A stretch of 35,568 bases of DNA from Octopus bimaculoides (Eukaryota): the NCBI RefSeq assembly GCF_001194135.2, contig NC_068981.1:70117154-70152721 (forward strand). The letters are read 5' to 3'. The notes under the pieces were generated by a model. The model was not told the DNA's origin. It saw only the letters and a list, made by a program, of their open reading frames with translations, and made no database searches. Positions 34,048-35,568 of this stretch are shown here, piece after piece (positions within the stretch are counted from its first letter, which is position 1; every line of letters begins with the position of its first letter). A program made the position numbers and the translations under genes.

Positions 34048-34603
34048 AAGTATATATGTGCGGCAATCCTTACATATATCATATATTAAGTTTATTAATT
34101 ACTAAAGCGCAGTATTAACTTAGTATTACAATTTGAAATGCGTTTCCTAAGTATATACTCAAATATGATAATCTTGGTGGGTACAAGTAATATTTTGTAA
34201 TATTTAAACAGCGTCAATGATGCACACATTGCAAAATTAATTTCTCTTTTTTATATAGAAAAGTTGCTAATTAGATATTACATGCCATGTCTATTGTTAA
34301 CTTTCATATAGATAACACTGACAAATTAATACTAATATTGAAAAAAAAAATTAGTTCATGCTTCTCTTATATATTTATGTTCATTTTATTATCTTTTACA
34401 ATACAGTGCAGAAAACGTGAGCAACAATCGAGGAAAATGGCGCACAAAATCTGCGATGTTGAATGTTCAAAGTTTTCAGGAAATTCAAAGGCATATATTG
34501 CAAAACTCATTACATAATCATGAAAATGCATATATGTTATACATATCTATAAATGTATGTATACGCACTCACGTACATGTGTTTGTGCGCGCGTGTGTAG
34601 GTG

Positions 34604-34690
34604 TGAGTCAGAAGAATTTAGAATCTTCGAGTCATAAGAATTTAATCATTCAATCTGACGTCATAAGAAATTAGAATCTTCGAGTCATAA
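34604..34690. repeat. Short degenerate tandem repeat (core GTCATAAGAA), including a 20-bp exact direct repeat
   Basis: ttagaatcttcgagtcataa occurs at 34618-34637 and 34671-34690. Confidence 0.8.
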
Positions 34691-34844
34691 TAATGTGTTT
34701 ATTTTGGGATGATCTGTAAATCCCGGAGCAGAGAAATTATAAAACAAAGCGTGTCAATATTAGGTTGAAAACTGCTTAAATAGAAGAAGTCGGAGGCTGC
34801 ACGTTAAACTCGAACCGAATTCTGTAAATGCACACATAAATATA

Positions 34845-34975
34845 GATATGTGTGAGTGTGTATTTCTATGTGTATATGTAAGTGTGTGTGTATGTATGTA
34901 TGCATGTATTATGTATGCATGCATGCATGTCTGTCTGTCTGTCTGTCTGTATGTATGTATGTATGTAAGCATGCA
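34845..34975. repeat. Compound (TG)n/(TATG)n/(TGCA)n/(TCTG)n microsatellite
   Basis: Read directly. Confidence 0.9.
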
Positions 34976-35248
34976 TAAGATATAGGTAGTTAGCGGAAAT
35001 ACCCATCTTTTTCTCCATGAAATGCATCTATTTATTCCATCATGACTATCAATATGTGGCCACAGTTGCTCGTGTGCTGTAGTCAAATGTATATTAAAAA
35101 CGACAAGTATGCAAATATTATTTGCAGTGTTATTGTGTAATAAGACAAGAGAGTGGAAATTTTCTTTGTTTTATTCATTCTCCATTAAACGTGTTTCATT
35201 TGCTAATATGTATTACAAAGATTTACATATTAGACAGATATGTAAGGA

Positions 35249-35419
35249 ACGTGCTAAGAAGCTTGCTTCCCAACTACATGGCTTCCGGTTCATTCCCACT
35301 GTGTGTCACTTTAGGATCATTTCTTCTACTATAGCCCCAAGCCGACCATAAACTCGTGAGGGAATTTGGTAGACGGAAAGAAAACTCTTCGTATATATAT
35401 ATATATATATATATATATA
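35249..35419 (+). mobile_element. tRNA-derived SINE, family B, with (TA)n tail
   Basis: taagaagcttgcttcccaactacatggcttccggttcattcccactg (B-box-like GGTTCATTCCC, 35287-35297), then cactttaggatcattttcttctactatagcc...gaatttggtagacggaaa and (TA)n. It matches my recollection of a common octopus SINE; only one copy in the window, so it cannot be cross-checked here. Confidence 0.7.
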
Positions 35420-35568
35420 GGTGAGAATGTTCGTATGTGTGTGTATTATATACATGTATAAAGTACCAGTAATTTCTAGAATATAGAAGAATATTTTCTT
35501 ACTGCTGTTTCTGCCAAGTGGTCACAGTACACCACATGTTATTTTCATCTTTTCAGTGTACTGTAGTG

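Noticed and set aside
1-35568. CRISPR array, rRNA or operon-like prokaryotic system
   Set aside because: No regularly spaced repeat-spacer array, no rRNA-like sequence and no intact long ORFs; the window is eukaryotic repeat-rich DNA.

Overview
AT-rich animal genomic DNA, intergenic or deep-intronic, from a short-read style assembly with seven N gaps, most of them beside (TA)n, (TG)n or (TATG)n runs. No host protein-coding exon, true RNA gene or CRISPR array can be supported. The recognisable content is a set of decayed transposable elements. (1) A 5'-truncated CR1/L2-group LINE (minus, ~54-2040). (2) A 3.4-kb internally deleted Helitron with both termini, HUH Rep remnants and a doubled 3' terminator (2056-5429). 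(3) Four or five Tc1/mariner-superfamily remnants, including a near-complete DD34D transposase pseudogene (31857-32856). (4) A Penelope-like RT fragment. (5) A Tx1/L1-clade LINE (minus, ~21622-23790). (6) Five copies of two tRNA-derived SINE families. The microsatellite load and SINE sequences resemble what I recall of octopus genomes (inference, not a database result). The most unusual unexplained signal is a ~490-bp TGT...ACA-bounded segment (27397-27889). Its first half is a run of short perfect stem-loops ending in a perfect 18-bp hairpin. Also notable are the nested Helitron 3' ends and a ~35-nt insert in a maT-like element that matches a sequence 1.8 kb downstream. All protein-family calls come from manual translation and motif recognition only.
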